NCBI GenBank assembly: GCA_016868785.1
Contig: VGFS01000001.1
Span: 20,631 to 84,630 of the forward strand
DNA length: 64,000 nt
Reading direction: 5' to 3'
Source of the DNA: Bacteroidota bacterium
GTDB lineage: Bacteria; Bacteroidota; Bacteroidia; NS11-12g; UBA955
Under the pieces are notes generated by a model that worked only from the letters and a program-made list of their open reading frames with translations, was not told the origin of the DNA and made no database searches. Made by a program: the position numbers and the translations under genes. Position 1 is the first letter of the stretch. The number at the start of each line of letters is the position of its first letter. Positions 49,368 through 59,048 of the stretch are shown here, piece by piece.

Positions 49368-49467
49368 TTCGAATTTGGATGCGAAAATAAGCGATTTCAA
49401 CCATGTTCATACACACAGAATCCACAAAACCGAATCACTTTTGAAATAAAATCTATATTTGAAAAAC

Positions 49468-51510
49468 ATGAAAATCTTTTTACCTTCCATTGCACTCCTT
49501 CTATTGGGCGTTACAACGGTGAACCTCCATAGTCAAATTGCCAAAACTCAAGTGGTACAAGTTTCAGCCACCGCCAATGGCGATGGCAGCATCACGCTGA
49601 AATGGCCCAAAGACAATTACACGGGCAAATACATGATTTATCACCGCGATTTCGTGCATGCCAACAACAGTTGGAAAGGTCCCGATGCCACACTCGCTGG
49701 AACCATCACTAGTTGGAGCGATACCCTCTCAAAAGGATTTAGTCGGGAATACCGCGTCACCAAAGTGAATGGCACCACCACCGAAGCCCTGGGATACATT
49801 TACGTGGGCAACCAATTCAAACCCAATCCCACCCGGGGAGGCATCGTTTTATTGGTCGATAGCAGTTACATCAAAGCCCTGAAATCAGAAATCGCTACCC
49901 TTGGCAATGACTTATCTAACGATGGCTGGTTTCCATCCTATGTGGTGGTTGGCAGAACCGAAAAGGTAGATGCCGTGAAAGCCAAATTGGAAGCACACAT
50001 CAAGCGACTGCCCAAAGCACCCAAAGCCCTCTATATCCTTGGACATGTACCCGTTCCCTACTCCGGAAATTTCTCTAACAATGGCGATAGACCACCGCCA
50101 GACGGACACGTGGAAGGGGTTGGCAACCACACCGGAGCCTGGCCTGCCGACGTATACTACGGTACAGTGGATTGCTTCTGGGGCGATGAAATTGTCAATT
50201 GTACCACCGGCTCTGAAGCGCGACATAAAAATGTACCCGGCGATGGCAAATTCGATCAATCCGCGCCCGAATGTCCAATCGTTTATGAAATCGGTCGGGC
50301 CGATTTTTATGACATGGACGCTTTCTCCAAGAACGACACCCAATTAACCCGAGAATACCTCAACCGCGTGCATGATTACAAGATGGGCAAAACCCAATTT
50401 CGCAGACGGGGGTTGATCGACAACAATTTCACGGGCCTCAATTTGGCTTCTACCGGCTATCACAATTTGCCCTGTTTTGTTGGATTGGATAGTTTTTCCG
50501 ACGCGGTAGACTATTTCACCGAACAAAATGCTGGCTCTTATTTATGGAGCTACGGTTGCGGCGCCGGCAGTTATAGCAGCTGCAGTGGCATTGGTACTAC
50601 CTATAATTTTGCCAGCAGCAAAGGAAAATTCTCCAACGCTTTTACCATGTTGGCGGGCAGTTATTTTGGGGATTGGGACAGTAAAAACAACATCCTTCGC
50701 GGTGCACTGGCCGGCGGATCATTGACCAGCTGTTGGGGCGGTATCCCAAAGTGGTATTTGCACCACATGGGGCTGGGTCAAAACATTGGCTACGGCGCGA
50801 AAATCACCCAAAACAACGTAAACGACTATTTCAACGGTGCATTTAACTTCTCGTGGAATGGCGTTTTCATTGCCCTCATTGGCGATCCAACATTAAATAT
50901 GCTTTATGTAAAACCTCCGTCAATGCTCTCTGCCATCGAAATTAACGGCGGCACCCAGCTCAAATGGAACAAGTCTGCCGACAAAGTTGACGGCTACGTG
51001 GTGTATCGCATCGATCAAAATACACAAGAATACAAGGAAATCGCTACCTACTGCGGATTGGGAAATTCCGTAACCACAGACACGGTCTATTTCGATTATT
51101 GCAAACCCACCGTGATAAACCCAAACAATGGCAACTATAACTATGCGGTTCGGGCCTTTAGATGGGAAACCACTGGCTCTGGCAGCTACCAAAATTTGAG
51201 TTTGGCAACCACGGCAAATACGAAATACACGTTGGATCGTTGGGATGCGCAAAGCCCGGGCATCACCCTGTACCCCAACCCCAGCAAGGGATTTACCACC
51301 TTGGGGAATTTGCCCGCACAGGTTGGCGTGACGGTGAGTATTTACAATGCGGTTGGACAATTAATCCAGCACAATGCGGTTGAAACAGATGCATCCGGCA
51401 ACTATCGACTCATACTAAAACCCGGCATTTCTGGACTCTTCGAAGTGGTTGTTAACACAGAAACTACTGCCTATTCTTCCAAATTGTTGGTAGCCCAAGA
51501 CGCTCAGTAA
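49468..51510 (+). CDS. T9SS type A CTD cargo with FnIII-like domains and a gingipain (C25)-like core
   Basis: Signal peptide; ILGHVP, ADVYY, EIGR and LIGDP motifs; C-terminal LYPNP..IYNAVGQ..KLLV. Confidence 0.75.
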   Translation: MKIFLPSIALLLLGVTTVNLHSQIAKTQVVQVSATANGDGSITLKWPKDNYTGKYMIYHRDFVHANNSWKGPDATLAGTITSWSDTLSKGFSREYRVTKVNGTTTEALGYIYVGNQFKPNPTRGGIVLLVDSSYIKALKSEIATLGNDLSNDGWFPSYVVVGRTEKVDAVKAKLEAHIKRLPKAPKALYILGHVPVPYSGNFSNNGDRPPPDGHVEGVGNHTGAWPADVYYGTVDCFWGDEIVNCTTGSEARHKNVPGDGKFDQSAPECPIVYEIGRADFYDMDAFSKNDTQLTREYLNRVHDYKMGKTQFRRRGLIDNNFTGLNLASTGYHNLPCFVGLDSFSDAVDYFTEQNAGSYLWSYGCGAGSYSSCSGIGTTYNFASSKGKFSNAFTMLAGSYFGDWDSKNNILRGALAGGSLTSCWGGIPKWYLHHMGLGQNIGYGAKITQNNVNDYFNGAFNFSWNGVFIALIGDPTLNMLYVKPPSMLSAIEINGGTQLKWNKSADKVDGYVVYRIDQNTQEYKEIATYCGLGNSVTTDTVYFDYCKPTVINPNNGNYNYAVRAFRWETTGSGSYQNLSLATTANTKYTLDRWDAQSPGITLYPNPSKGFTTLGNLPAQVGVTVSIYNAVGQLIQHNAVETDASGNYRLILKPGISGLFEVVVNTETTAYSSKLLVAQDAQ

Positions 51511-51614
51511 AGGGTCTTTCACCAACTTAGAAGTCCCACTCAAGGGAACTCCTTTTGATTTTTGGGGCAAACTTGTGTATTTTCGCGGCTCTGTAAAAAG
51601 AAGACAATATTTAT

Positions 51615-54092
51615 ATGACAAACAATATCCTTTACCTGGTCCCTTTGTTGGGCGTTGTTGGCCTCCTTGTGATGGCTATCAAGAGTGCATGGGTTAGCAA
51701 GCAAGATGCGGGCGATGAGAACATGCAGCGATTGGCAGGCTACATTGCCAAAGGTGCTATGGCCTTTTTGAAGGCAGAATGGAAAGTTTTGAGCTACTTC
51801 GTGGTGATTGCGGGTATCTTGTTGGCTTGGTCTGGAACATTTTCTGGAACTGCTGAGCACCCCATCCACTCGAGTTGGGTGATTTCAATTTCCTTTGTGA
51901 TTGGTGCCGTTTTGTCGGCATTCGCGGGTTACATTGGTATGAACATCGCCACCAAAGCCAACGTACGTACCACACAAGCCGCCCGTACAAGTTTGTCAAA
52001 AGCCTTGAAAGTATCTTTCAACGGTGGAACCGTTATGGGATTGGGTGTTGCCGGTTTGGCCGTGATTGGTTTGGGATCATTGTTCATCGTGTTCTTGGAA
52101 ATGTTCAATGTAACCAACGTAAACAGCGACGAGATGAAAACAGCCATCGAAGTATTGGCAGGTTTCTCTTTGGGTGCTGAAAGCATCGCATTGTTTGCCC
52201 GTGTAGGTGGTGGTATTTACACCAAAGCTGCTGACGTTGGGGCTGATTTGGTAGGAAAAGTAGAAGCGGGTATCCCTGAGGATGACGTGCGCAACCCTGC
52301 TACCATCGCAGACAACGTAGGTGATAACGTGGGTGACGTTGCAGGTATGGGTGCCGATTTGTTCGGTTCTTATGTAGCAACCATTTTGGCTACCATGGTA
52401 TTGGGACAAGAAATCAACGCACAAGATGCCTATAACGGTCTCTCTCCCATTTTGTTGCCGATGGTGATTGCTGGTTTGGGATTGGTATTCTCTATTGTTG
52501 GAACTTGGTTCGTAAAAGTGAAAAACGAAACCGATAGCGTTCAAAACGCCTTGAATTTGGGTAACTGGTCATCCATCGCTTTAACAGGTATCGCCTCTTA
52601 TTTCGTGGTAAACGCTTTGTTGCCAGAGAAAATGTCTTGGTTTGATGCCGCTCGTGGCGAAGATTTCACCCGCAACGGTGTTTTTGCTGCGATTGTGGTT
52701 GGTTTGGCTGTGGGTACTTTGATGAGTATCATCACTGAATATTATACCGCCATGGGCAAACGCCCTGTTATGTCGATCATCCGTCAGTCTGGCACAGGAC
52801 ACGCCACCAACATCATCGGTGGTTTGAGCGTAGGAATGGAATCTACCGTTTTACCCATCTTGGTTTTGGCCGGTGGTATCATGGGATCCTATTATTTTGC
52901 TGGATTGTACGGTGTATCTATCGCCGCGGCAGGTATGATGGCCACAACAGCAATGCAGTTGGCCATTGACGCTTTCGGTCCAATCGCCGACAACGCCGGT
53001 GGTATTGCTGAAATGAGTCAGTTGCCTGAGGAAGTTCGCGGACGTACCGACAATTTGGATGCGGTTGGAAACACCACTGCAGCCACGGGTAAAGGTTTCG
53101 CAATTGCTTCAGCGGCTTTGACCTCTTTGGCATTGTTTGCGGCTTTTGTGGGAATTTCTGGCATCACAGCCATCGACATTTACAAAGCCCCTGTATTGGC
53201 AGGGTTGTTTGTGGGTGGTATGATTCCTTTCATCTTCTCTTCTTTGGCGATTGCGGCTGTAGGTCGTGCAGCCATGGACATGGTAAATGAAGTTCGCCGT
53301 CAGTTCCGTGAAATCCCAGGGATCATGGAGTATAAGGCACAGCCTGAATATGAAAAGTGTGTAGCGATTTCTACAAAAGCCTCTATCCGCGAGATGTTGG
53401 CTCCAGGTGCGATTGCCTTGATTTCTCCCGTTGTTGTGGGCTTCTTGTTCGGTCCTGAAGTATTGGGCGGTATGTTGGCCGGTGTAACGGTATCAGGTGT
53501 GTTGATGGGTATCTTCCAATCAAACGCCGGTGGTGCATGGGACAACGCCAAAAAATCATTTGAAAAAGGGGTTGAAATCAACGGAGAAACCTTCTACAAA
53601 AAATCTGAGCCACACAAAGCTTCTGTAACCGGCGATACAGTGGGTGATCCATTCAAGGACACTTCTGGACCTTCAATGAACATTTTGATCAAGTTGATGT
53701 CGATCGTTTCATTGGTAATTGCGCCTTTCATTGCGGGCAAATCGTTCGGCGAACGTCCTAACAATGGAAATGGTGCGGCTTGTGTTGAAATGCAGCATTG
53801 CGAAAAGGAAATGATGGGCAAATGCGATTTGAGCACTTGCGCTACTTTGACCAAGGAACAGTGCGCTGCGATGTGCGATTCTTTGGGCTGCGATTCTACT
53901 GAAAAAGCAGCTTGCATGTCGATGTACGGTGCAGATGGCAAATTCATCGGCAAAGGACACGAGGGTTGTTCTAACGAGCCTGTTTGCAAAGAGGACAACG
54001 ACAAAGCTTGTAGCAAAGGCGATGCCTGCTGCAAAAATAAAAAGCAAGCGCAAGCCCCTGAAAAGAAGGCTTGTTGCAAGGACAAACACTAA
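51615..54092 (+). CDS. hppA: Membrane-bound ion-translocating pyrophosphatase, K+-dependent type, with Cys-rich tail
   Basis: DVGADLVGKVE, DNVGDNVGD, GNTTAA and GDPFKDTSGP motifs. Confidence 0.96.
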   Translation: MTNNILYLVPLLGVVGLLVMAIKSAWVSKQDAGDENMQRLAGYIAKGAMAFLKAEWKVLSYFVVIAGILLAWSGTFSGTAEHPIHSSWVISISFVIGAVLSAFAGYIGMNIATKANVRTTQAARTSLSKALKVSFNGGTVMGLGVAGLAVIGLGSLFIVFLEMFNVTNVNSDEMKTAIEVLAGFSLGAESIALFARVGGGIYTKAADVGADLVGKVEAGIPEDDVRNPATIADNVGDNVGDVAGMGADLFGSYVATILATMVLGQEINAQDAYNGLSPILLPMVIAGLGLVFSIVGTWFVKVKNETDSVQNALNLGNWSSIALTGIASYFVVNALLPEKMSWFDAARGEDFTRNGVFAAIVVGLAVGTLMSIITEYYTAMGKRPVMSIIRQSGTGHATNIIGGLSVGMESTVLPILVLAGGIMGSYYFAGLYGVSIAAAGMMATTAMQLAIDAFGPIADNAGGIAEMSQLPEEVRGRTDNLDAVGNTTAATGKGFAIASAALTSLALFAAFVGISGITAIDIYKAPVLAGLFVGGMIPFIFSSLAIAAVGRAAMDMVNEVRRQFREIPGIMEYKAQPEYEKCVAISTKASIREMLAPGAIALISPVVVGFLFGPEVLGGMLAGVTVSGVLMGIFQSNAGGAWDNAKKSFEKGVEINGETFYKKSEPHKASVTGDTVGDPFKDTSGPSMNILIKLMSIVSLVIAPFIAGKSFGERPNNGNGAACVEMQHCEKEMMGKCDLSTCATLTKEQCAAMCDSLGCDSTEKAACMSMYGADGKFIGKGHEGCSNEPVCKEDNDKACSKGDACCKNKKQAQAPEKKACCKDKH

Positions 54093-54131
54093 TTGAATTT
54101 TTGTCTGACCGGGTCAGACTTCACCAATAAC

Positions 54132-54166
54132 AGAAGAGGCCGCCCTGTGGGCGGCCTCTTCTATTT
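54132..54166 (+). terminator. Hairpin/terminator after hppA
   Basis: AGAAGAGGCCGCCC-tgt-GGGCGGCCTCTTCT, a 14-bp perfect stem. Confidence 0.8.
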
Positions 54167-54317
54167 GATATCGAACCGATTTCCGCAAATGCAATTACTG
54201 AATCAGCCGAGTTTGGGCGTCGTAACTTTGTTAATGGCTCAGATTCAAATTGCTCACCCATTGACAAATAGAAATATAAATAAGCCCATTTAAACAATTT
54301 AGTTATGTCATTCGCAC

Positions 54318-54347
54318 AAAAAAAAGGCCAGCAATGATGCTGGCCTT
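54318..54347 (-). terminator. Intrinsic terminator of the GT4-VPS10 unit
   Basis: Minus strand reads AAGGCCAGCA-tcat-TGCTGGCCTTTTTTTT. Confidence 0.85.
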
Positions 54348-54371
54348 GAGATATTTTTTATCCGTTATTTT

Positions 54372-57300
54372 TTACCGCAAAACCGGCAATCGCAGCGCAG
54401 GATATTGAGAGGCCAAACCATTGTATTGACTCACCATTCCGTTGAGCTTTTTGTTCATGTCCAACACCCCAACAGAAACCATATCCAATTTCTGCAAGTG
54501 GGTCTTGGTGGGCGCATTCAACGCATCGAAACAAGAATAATACGCCGATCCAAACAATTCATTCAACCCTTCGGTGGTTTCAAACTCCTCAGCAGCCAAA
54601 GCCCCGTTGCCATTGACAACCAAACTCACCGCATTGAACTCGGACTGTAACTGGGCCGACAATTGCGCAAAATCGCGCGCGTTCGTGTTGGGTACCCCAA
54701 TGGCATTTTTCATGGCCGTAATCCCCGCTTGAATTTCTTCCATGCGAACGTTTAAGGTAGACAACTCTTGCTTTACCTTGAACAACTTTGCCACCTGCAA
54801 GCCCTTTTCCTCCTTACTCACCAACGGAATGCTCGATTCAAACAAATGTGACACTGCAATCTCGGTCACTCCAGTCAGCAATCGCTCTGCCCCATTTTGC
54901 CAAGCCTCCAACTGAACATAATAGGTCCCCGGCGTTACATAAGGCCCCCAACCTGCTTGATATCCTTTATCGGCCGGTACTGGCAACGACGGATCTGAAT
55001 AGCGCAAATTCCATTCTGCCCTGGCCAATCCCTTGGCCGCGTTCACCGAAAATTTTGCCACCACATTGTCAGCTGTAACTTCAGCAGAACTGCGAATCAC
55101 CATGTATACCTTGGCCGGCTCCTCCAAACTTTCCAGCAAAATGGAATCTTTCGATGGATAAATCAATGCATTGGGATTTTTGGCCACATCCGACTCTCTC
55201 TTTTTCCTTCGACTGGCAATGGTAGAGAACTCCGTTGAAATCTGATAATAAATGACCGCTCCTGCAGTTGGATTGGGTGCTGAAAATCTCGAAGCGCCCT
55301 TGTGACTGTTACCACTTCCTCCCAATGGCGTGGCAGGCACAAACAGTTTCACCGGACTCACAGGCACAATAAAATTCATTTTCGCCAACCCGGCGTTGCC
55401 CATCAACATCAACTTGTAATCGCGGATTTTTTCGTAGTCGTCGCAAACTGCAAACCCACGACCAAACGTCGCCAACACCAAGTCATCGTCGCGCTCCTGA
55501 AACACCATGTCTTTGATCGCAATCGGAGGCATTCCGCCCTGCCACGACAAAAATTGCTTGCCGCCATTTACGCTAATGTGCAATCCAAACTCCGTACCCA
55601 CCAACACAATGTCCTGATCTTTGAAATCTTCAATCACCGTTTTAACCGGACCGTTCTCGGGCAGTCCCGATACGATTTTTGTCCATGTAGCCCCACCGTT
55701 GCTGCTCTTGTAAACGTAGGGTTTGAAGTCACCAAATCGATGATGATCCAACACAGCATACACATTGCCAGAATTCGGCGATGCATAAACCATCGAAATA
55801 AAGGGATGGCCCACTCCATTGGACTGTCCTTTCGGCGCATCAGGAAAATTCATTTCGCCATTGGACGCTACTCCGCACTTGAGCCAAACACTGCTGCTGG
55901 CCTCTTTGCGCCAAATCAAACCATCGTCGGTACCAGCATACAACTCGCCATTTTTGCCCTCGCTCAACGTGGTAATATTGCCATAAATGCTGGTACTTTG
56001 GTTTTTCACTACGGCATTCACACCCCACACTTTCCCCATGATGGGCAGCGTATTGCGATCGATTCCGCGCGATAAATCTCCGCTTATGGGTGTCCAAGAA
56101 TCGCCCCGATCTTCGCTTTTAAACACGCGATTGGCTGCAAAATACAACACCTTGGGATTGCTGCGAGAAATGATCAAGGGCGCGTCCCAATTCCATCGCA
56201 AAGGCGCCTCGTTGATGCCAATGGTGGGTTTGATATCCACCGCTTCACCGGTAACTTTATCGTAGCGCACCAAACCGCCATACTGCCATTGACTGTAGAC
56301 AATGTTGGGGTTGCTGGGGTCAACCTGCGACTTAAAACCATCGCCACCCACCGTTACAAACCAATCGTCATTGCTCACCCCATTGGCCGAATTGTTCTTT
56401 GAAGGTCCGCCCAAAGTATTGTTGTCCTGGGTACCGCCATAGATGTTGTAAAAGGGCAAGGCATTGTCTACCGATGCGCGATAAAATTGGGTAATGGAAA
56501 TGTTGTCTTTGTAATTCCAGTTTTGAGCGTTGTCGAACGTCTCATACAGTCCACCATCACAACCTACCAGCCAGTGCGACGGTTGTGCGGGATCAATCCA
56601 AATTATGTGATTGTCTACATGTTTATTGCCTTCGCCCGCGTTTCGGAGGGTTTTGCCGCCGTCATCGGACACTTTCATGTAGGAGTCCATACAAAACAAG
56701 CGGTTGGGGTTGGTAGGATCCACAAAAATCTCTTGGTAATAGTTTCCAGCGGTAAAGAATGGATTTTGTTTGCTCCAGCTCTCGCCGTAATCATAACTCA
56801 CAAAAATGCCGCCTTTGCCTTCTTCCGCCTCAACCATGGCATACATCAAACCGGGCTTTGAGCTCACGGCAACCGCAATTCTTCCCAAATCGCCCGATGG
56901 GAGTCCTCCACCCAACTTCCGCCAAGATTTGCCGTTATCAGTACTCTTATACAAGGCCGATTCAGGACCACCGCCGAGATAGGTCCATTCGTGCCTGCGG
57001 CGCTGGTGAAACGCAGCATACAAGGTTCCAGGCATGTTGGGGTCGATATGGATTTCATGGCAACCGGTGTTGTCCGACACGTGGAAATTGCGAACCCAGG
57101 TTTTGCCCCCATCTTCGGTGAGGTACAAGCCGCGCTCTCCGCCTTCTTTCCAAACAGGACCATAGGCAGCCACCCAAATGCGGTTGGTGTTTTTCGGGTC
57201 GATTTTGATCATGCCGATGTGTTCTGAGAGTTTCAGCCCCATGTTTTCGAACGATTTCCCTCCATCCAAACTGCGGTAAAGTCCGTTGCCATAGCCCACG

Positions 57301-57713
57301 CTGCGTTGGTTGTTGTTTTCGCCGGTGCCGACCCAAACAATGTTGGGATTGGTGGGATCCAAGGCCAAGCAACCGATGCTTTGGGTGCCGTATCCGTCAA
57401 AAATGGGTTGGTAGGTGGTGCCGCCGTTGACCGTTTTCCAGACACCGCCGTAGGCAGCCGCCAAATAGTATTCGGATTTATTCAAGGGATTCACCGCGAT
57501 GTCTACGATTCTTCCGCTGGTGGTGGCAGGACCGATCATCCTAAAATTCACCTGATTCAACATCGGTTTAATCAGTGAGTCGGGTAAGGCCGCGATGGTT
57601 GTACTTACCGGCATTACCGGCACCGCAGCTTTTGCCGCAGTTGATTTCTGGGCGATGGCGGGCTGAGACGCAACCGATACGACCAAAGTCAGTACAAAGG
57701 ATATCTTTTTCAT
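54372..57713 (-). CDS. VPS10/sortilin-like BNR (Asp-box) repeat exported protein, putative glycosyl hydrolase
   Basis: Repeated SxDGGxxW boxes, SGRIVD and GGTQDN. ATG 57713 overlaps the upstream stop (ATGA). Confidence 0.85.
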   Translation of the reverse strand: MKKISFVLTLVVSVASQPAIAQKSTAAKAAVPVMPVSTTIAALPDSLIKPMLNQVNFRMIGPATTSGRIVDIAVNPLNKSEYYLAAAYGGVWKTVNGGTTYQPIFDGYGTQSIGCLALDPTNPNIVWVGTGENNNQRSVGYGNGLYRSLDGGKSFENMGLKLSEHIGMIKIDPKNTNRIWVAAYGPVWKEGGERGLYLTEDGGKTWVRNFHVSDNTGCHEIHIDPNMPGTLYAAFHQRRRHEWTYLGGGPESALYKSTDNGKSWRKLGGGLPSGDLGRIAVAVSSKPGLMYAMVEAEEGKGGIFVSYDYGESWSKQNPFFTAGNYYQEIFVDPTNPNRLFCMDSYMKVSDDGGKTLRNAGEGNKHVDNHIIWIDPAQPSHWLVGCDGGLYETFDNAQNWNYKDNISITQFYRASVDNALPFYNIYGGTQDNNTLGGPSKNNSANGVSNDDWFVTVGGDGFKSQVDPSNPNIVYSQWQYGGLVRYDKVTGEAVDIKPTIGINEAPLRWNWDAPLIISRSNPKVLYFAANRVFKSEDRGDSWTPISGDLSRGIDRNTLPIMGKVWGVNAVVKNQSTSIYGNITTLSEGKNGELYAGTDDGLIWRKEASSSVWLKCGVASNGEMNFPDAPKGQSNGVGHPFISMVYASPNSGNVYAVLDHHRFGDFKPYVYKSSNGGATWTKIVSGLPENGPVKTVIEDFKDQDIVLVGTEFGLHISVNGGKQFLSWQGGMPPIAIKDMVFQERDDDLVLATFGRGFAVCDDYEKIRDYKLMLMGNAGLAKMNFIVPVSPVKLFVPATPLGGSGNSHKGASRFSAPNPTAGAVIYYQISTEFSTIASRRKKRESDVAKNPNALIYPSKDSILLESLEEPAKVYMVIRSSAEVTADNVVAKFSVNAAKGLARAEWNLRYSDPSLPVPADKGYQAGWGPYVTPGTYYVQLEAWQNGAERLLTGVTEIAVSHLFESSIPLVSKEEKGLQVAKLFKVKQELSTLNVRMEEIQAGITAMKNAIGVPNTNARDFAQLSAQLQSEFNAVSLVVNGNGALAAEEFETTEGLNELFGSAYYSCFDALNAPTKTHLQKLDMVSVGVLDMNKKLNGMVSQYNGLASQYPALRLPVLR

Positions 57714-58924
57714 GAGGATAATTTTATAAAATATTGGTGGAGTTGATGGGCCACGGCCGACCATGCAAAGGTTTCCCTCACATGCTGTCCGCCCGTTTCA
57801 CCCAATTGCTTTCTGAGGGTTTCATCGGCCAAAATTCGCAACACATGTTCGGCAAAATCTTGGGGGTTGCTGGCCATCAATATGCCTTTGCCATTTTCCA
57901 GGCCCAAACCCGCAAAGCCAACTTCTGAACATACCACCGCTTGGTTCATGGCCAGGGCTTCAAGCACTTTGTTTTGGGTACCCGCGCCAATACGCAAGGG
58001 CGATACCACCACATGGGCTTTGGCGTATTCATCGGCCAAATTGGGAATAAACCCGGTAATTTTCACCCGGTCCGAGGCCAAATCCAACACAGATTTAACA
58101 GGTCGCTGTCCGGCAATCACAAACTCAACCTCGGGATTTTTGGACACGATCAGGGGCAGGATGTCTTCCACGAAATATTGAACGGCGTCGATGTTGGGAG
58201 CGTAATCCATGTTACCGGTAAACAGAATGCGGTTGGCGATGATGGCTTCTGCCAGCTGAGGGGCAAACGAATCGATATTTACCCCGTTGGGCAAGATATC
58301 TACGTTGTTGATTCCCAAGTTCATAAGATAGGCTCTGTCTTCTAGAGAACATACCAAAGACTGTCTAAACATGGGAAGCATACGCTGTTCGTATTTGGCC
58401 ATTCTGCGGAATTCGAGTTGTCGAAACCAGCGATCCCATGGGGTTTTGGCCGCGGTAATCCGTCGTTTCCAATACAAACTAAACGCATCGGGCAAATCCA
58501 AAATGGCGGTTCTTGGGGCCGATTGCTCAAAATACTGCGACATGCGGAGGTGTTGAACATGTATCGCATCGTATTCATTTTCCAACAACACTTGTCGAAG
58601 CGATTTGGCAAAGGTGGATGAGCGAAAATAGGCCACTTGAATGGGACGCGTCTGAAAAAGTCCGATAAAAGCAGACAACGCCGATTTCCACTTGGGGCGA
58701 TATACAAAATTCACGGTGTTAAATAGCGATCGCTCTCCCCCGCCCGAATGTATTTTGCAAGTTTTCAGGTGTTCGGCGGAGGCAATGTCTTCGGCATTCT
58801 CGGCCATTGTGAGTAGATGCAGTTCGTGATGCTCGCAGAGCTGTGTCGCCAAATTGAAAATCTTCAGCTTATCGCCACGAAATGGTGGGTAAGGCATGCG
58901 ATTGGCAACGAACAGAATTTTCAC
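57710..58924 (-). CDS. Glycosyltransferase family 4
   Basis: PYPPFRGDKL, FTGNMDYAPN and GAGTQNKVLEALAM motifs. GTG start 58924 lies 5 nt after TATTTTTG. Confidence 0.9.
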   Translation of the reverse strand: MKILFVANRMPYPPFRGDKLKIFNLATQLCEHHELHLLTMAENAEDIASAEHLKTCKIHSGGGERSLFNTVNFVYRPKWKSALSAFIGLFQTRPIQVAYFRSSTFAKSLRQVLLENEYDAIHVQHLRMSQYFEQSAPRTAILDLPDAFSLYWKRRITAAKTPWDRWFRQLEFRRMAKYEQRMLPMFRQSLVCSLEDRAYLMNLGINNVDILPNGVNIDSFAPQLAEAIIANRILFTGNMDYAPNIDAVQYFVEDILPLIVSKNPEVEFVIAGQRPVKSVLDLASDRVKITGFIPNLADEYAKAHVVVSPLRIGAGTQNKVLEALAMNQAVVCSEVGFAGLGLENGKGILMASNPQDFAEHVLRILADETLRKQLGETGGQHVRETFAWSAVAHQLHQYFIKLSS

Positions 58925-59048
58925 AAGAACAAAAATATCATTAGTGATCAGTAAATGGTACAATCGTTCACAAATTGCGCTTGTGTGTAGATAAACATTT
59001 GATAAAAACGCGTGAAAACTGCGGAAAACATGGGTAGTTTTGTTAGAG

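Noticed and set aside
55302..56075. Long antisense ORFs (257 aa here; also 6857-7459, 16252-16779, 53594-54085)
   Set aside because: They are shadows of well-supported genes on the opposite strand, with no recognisable motifs.
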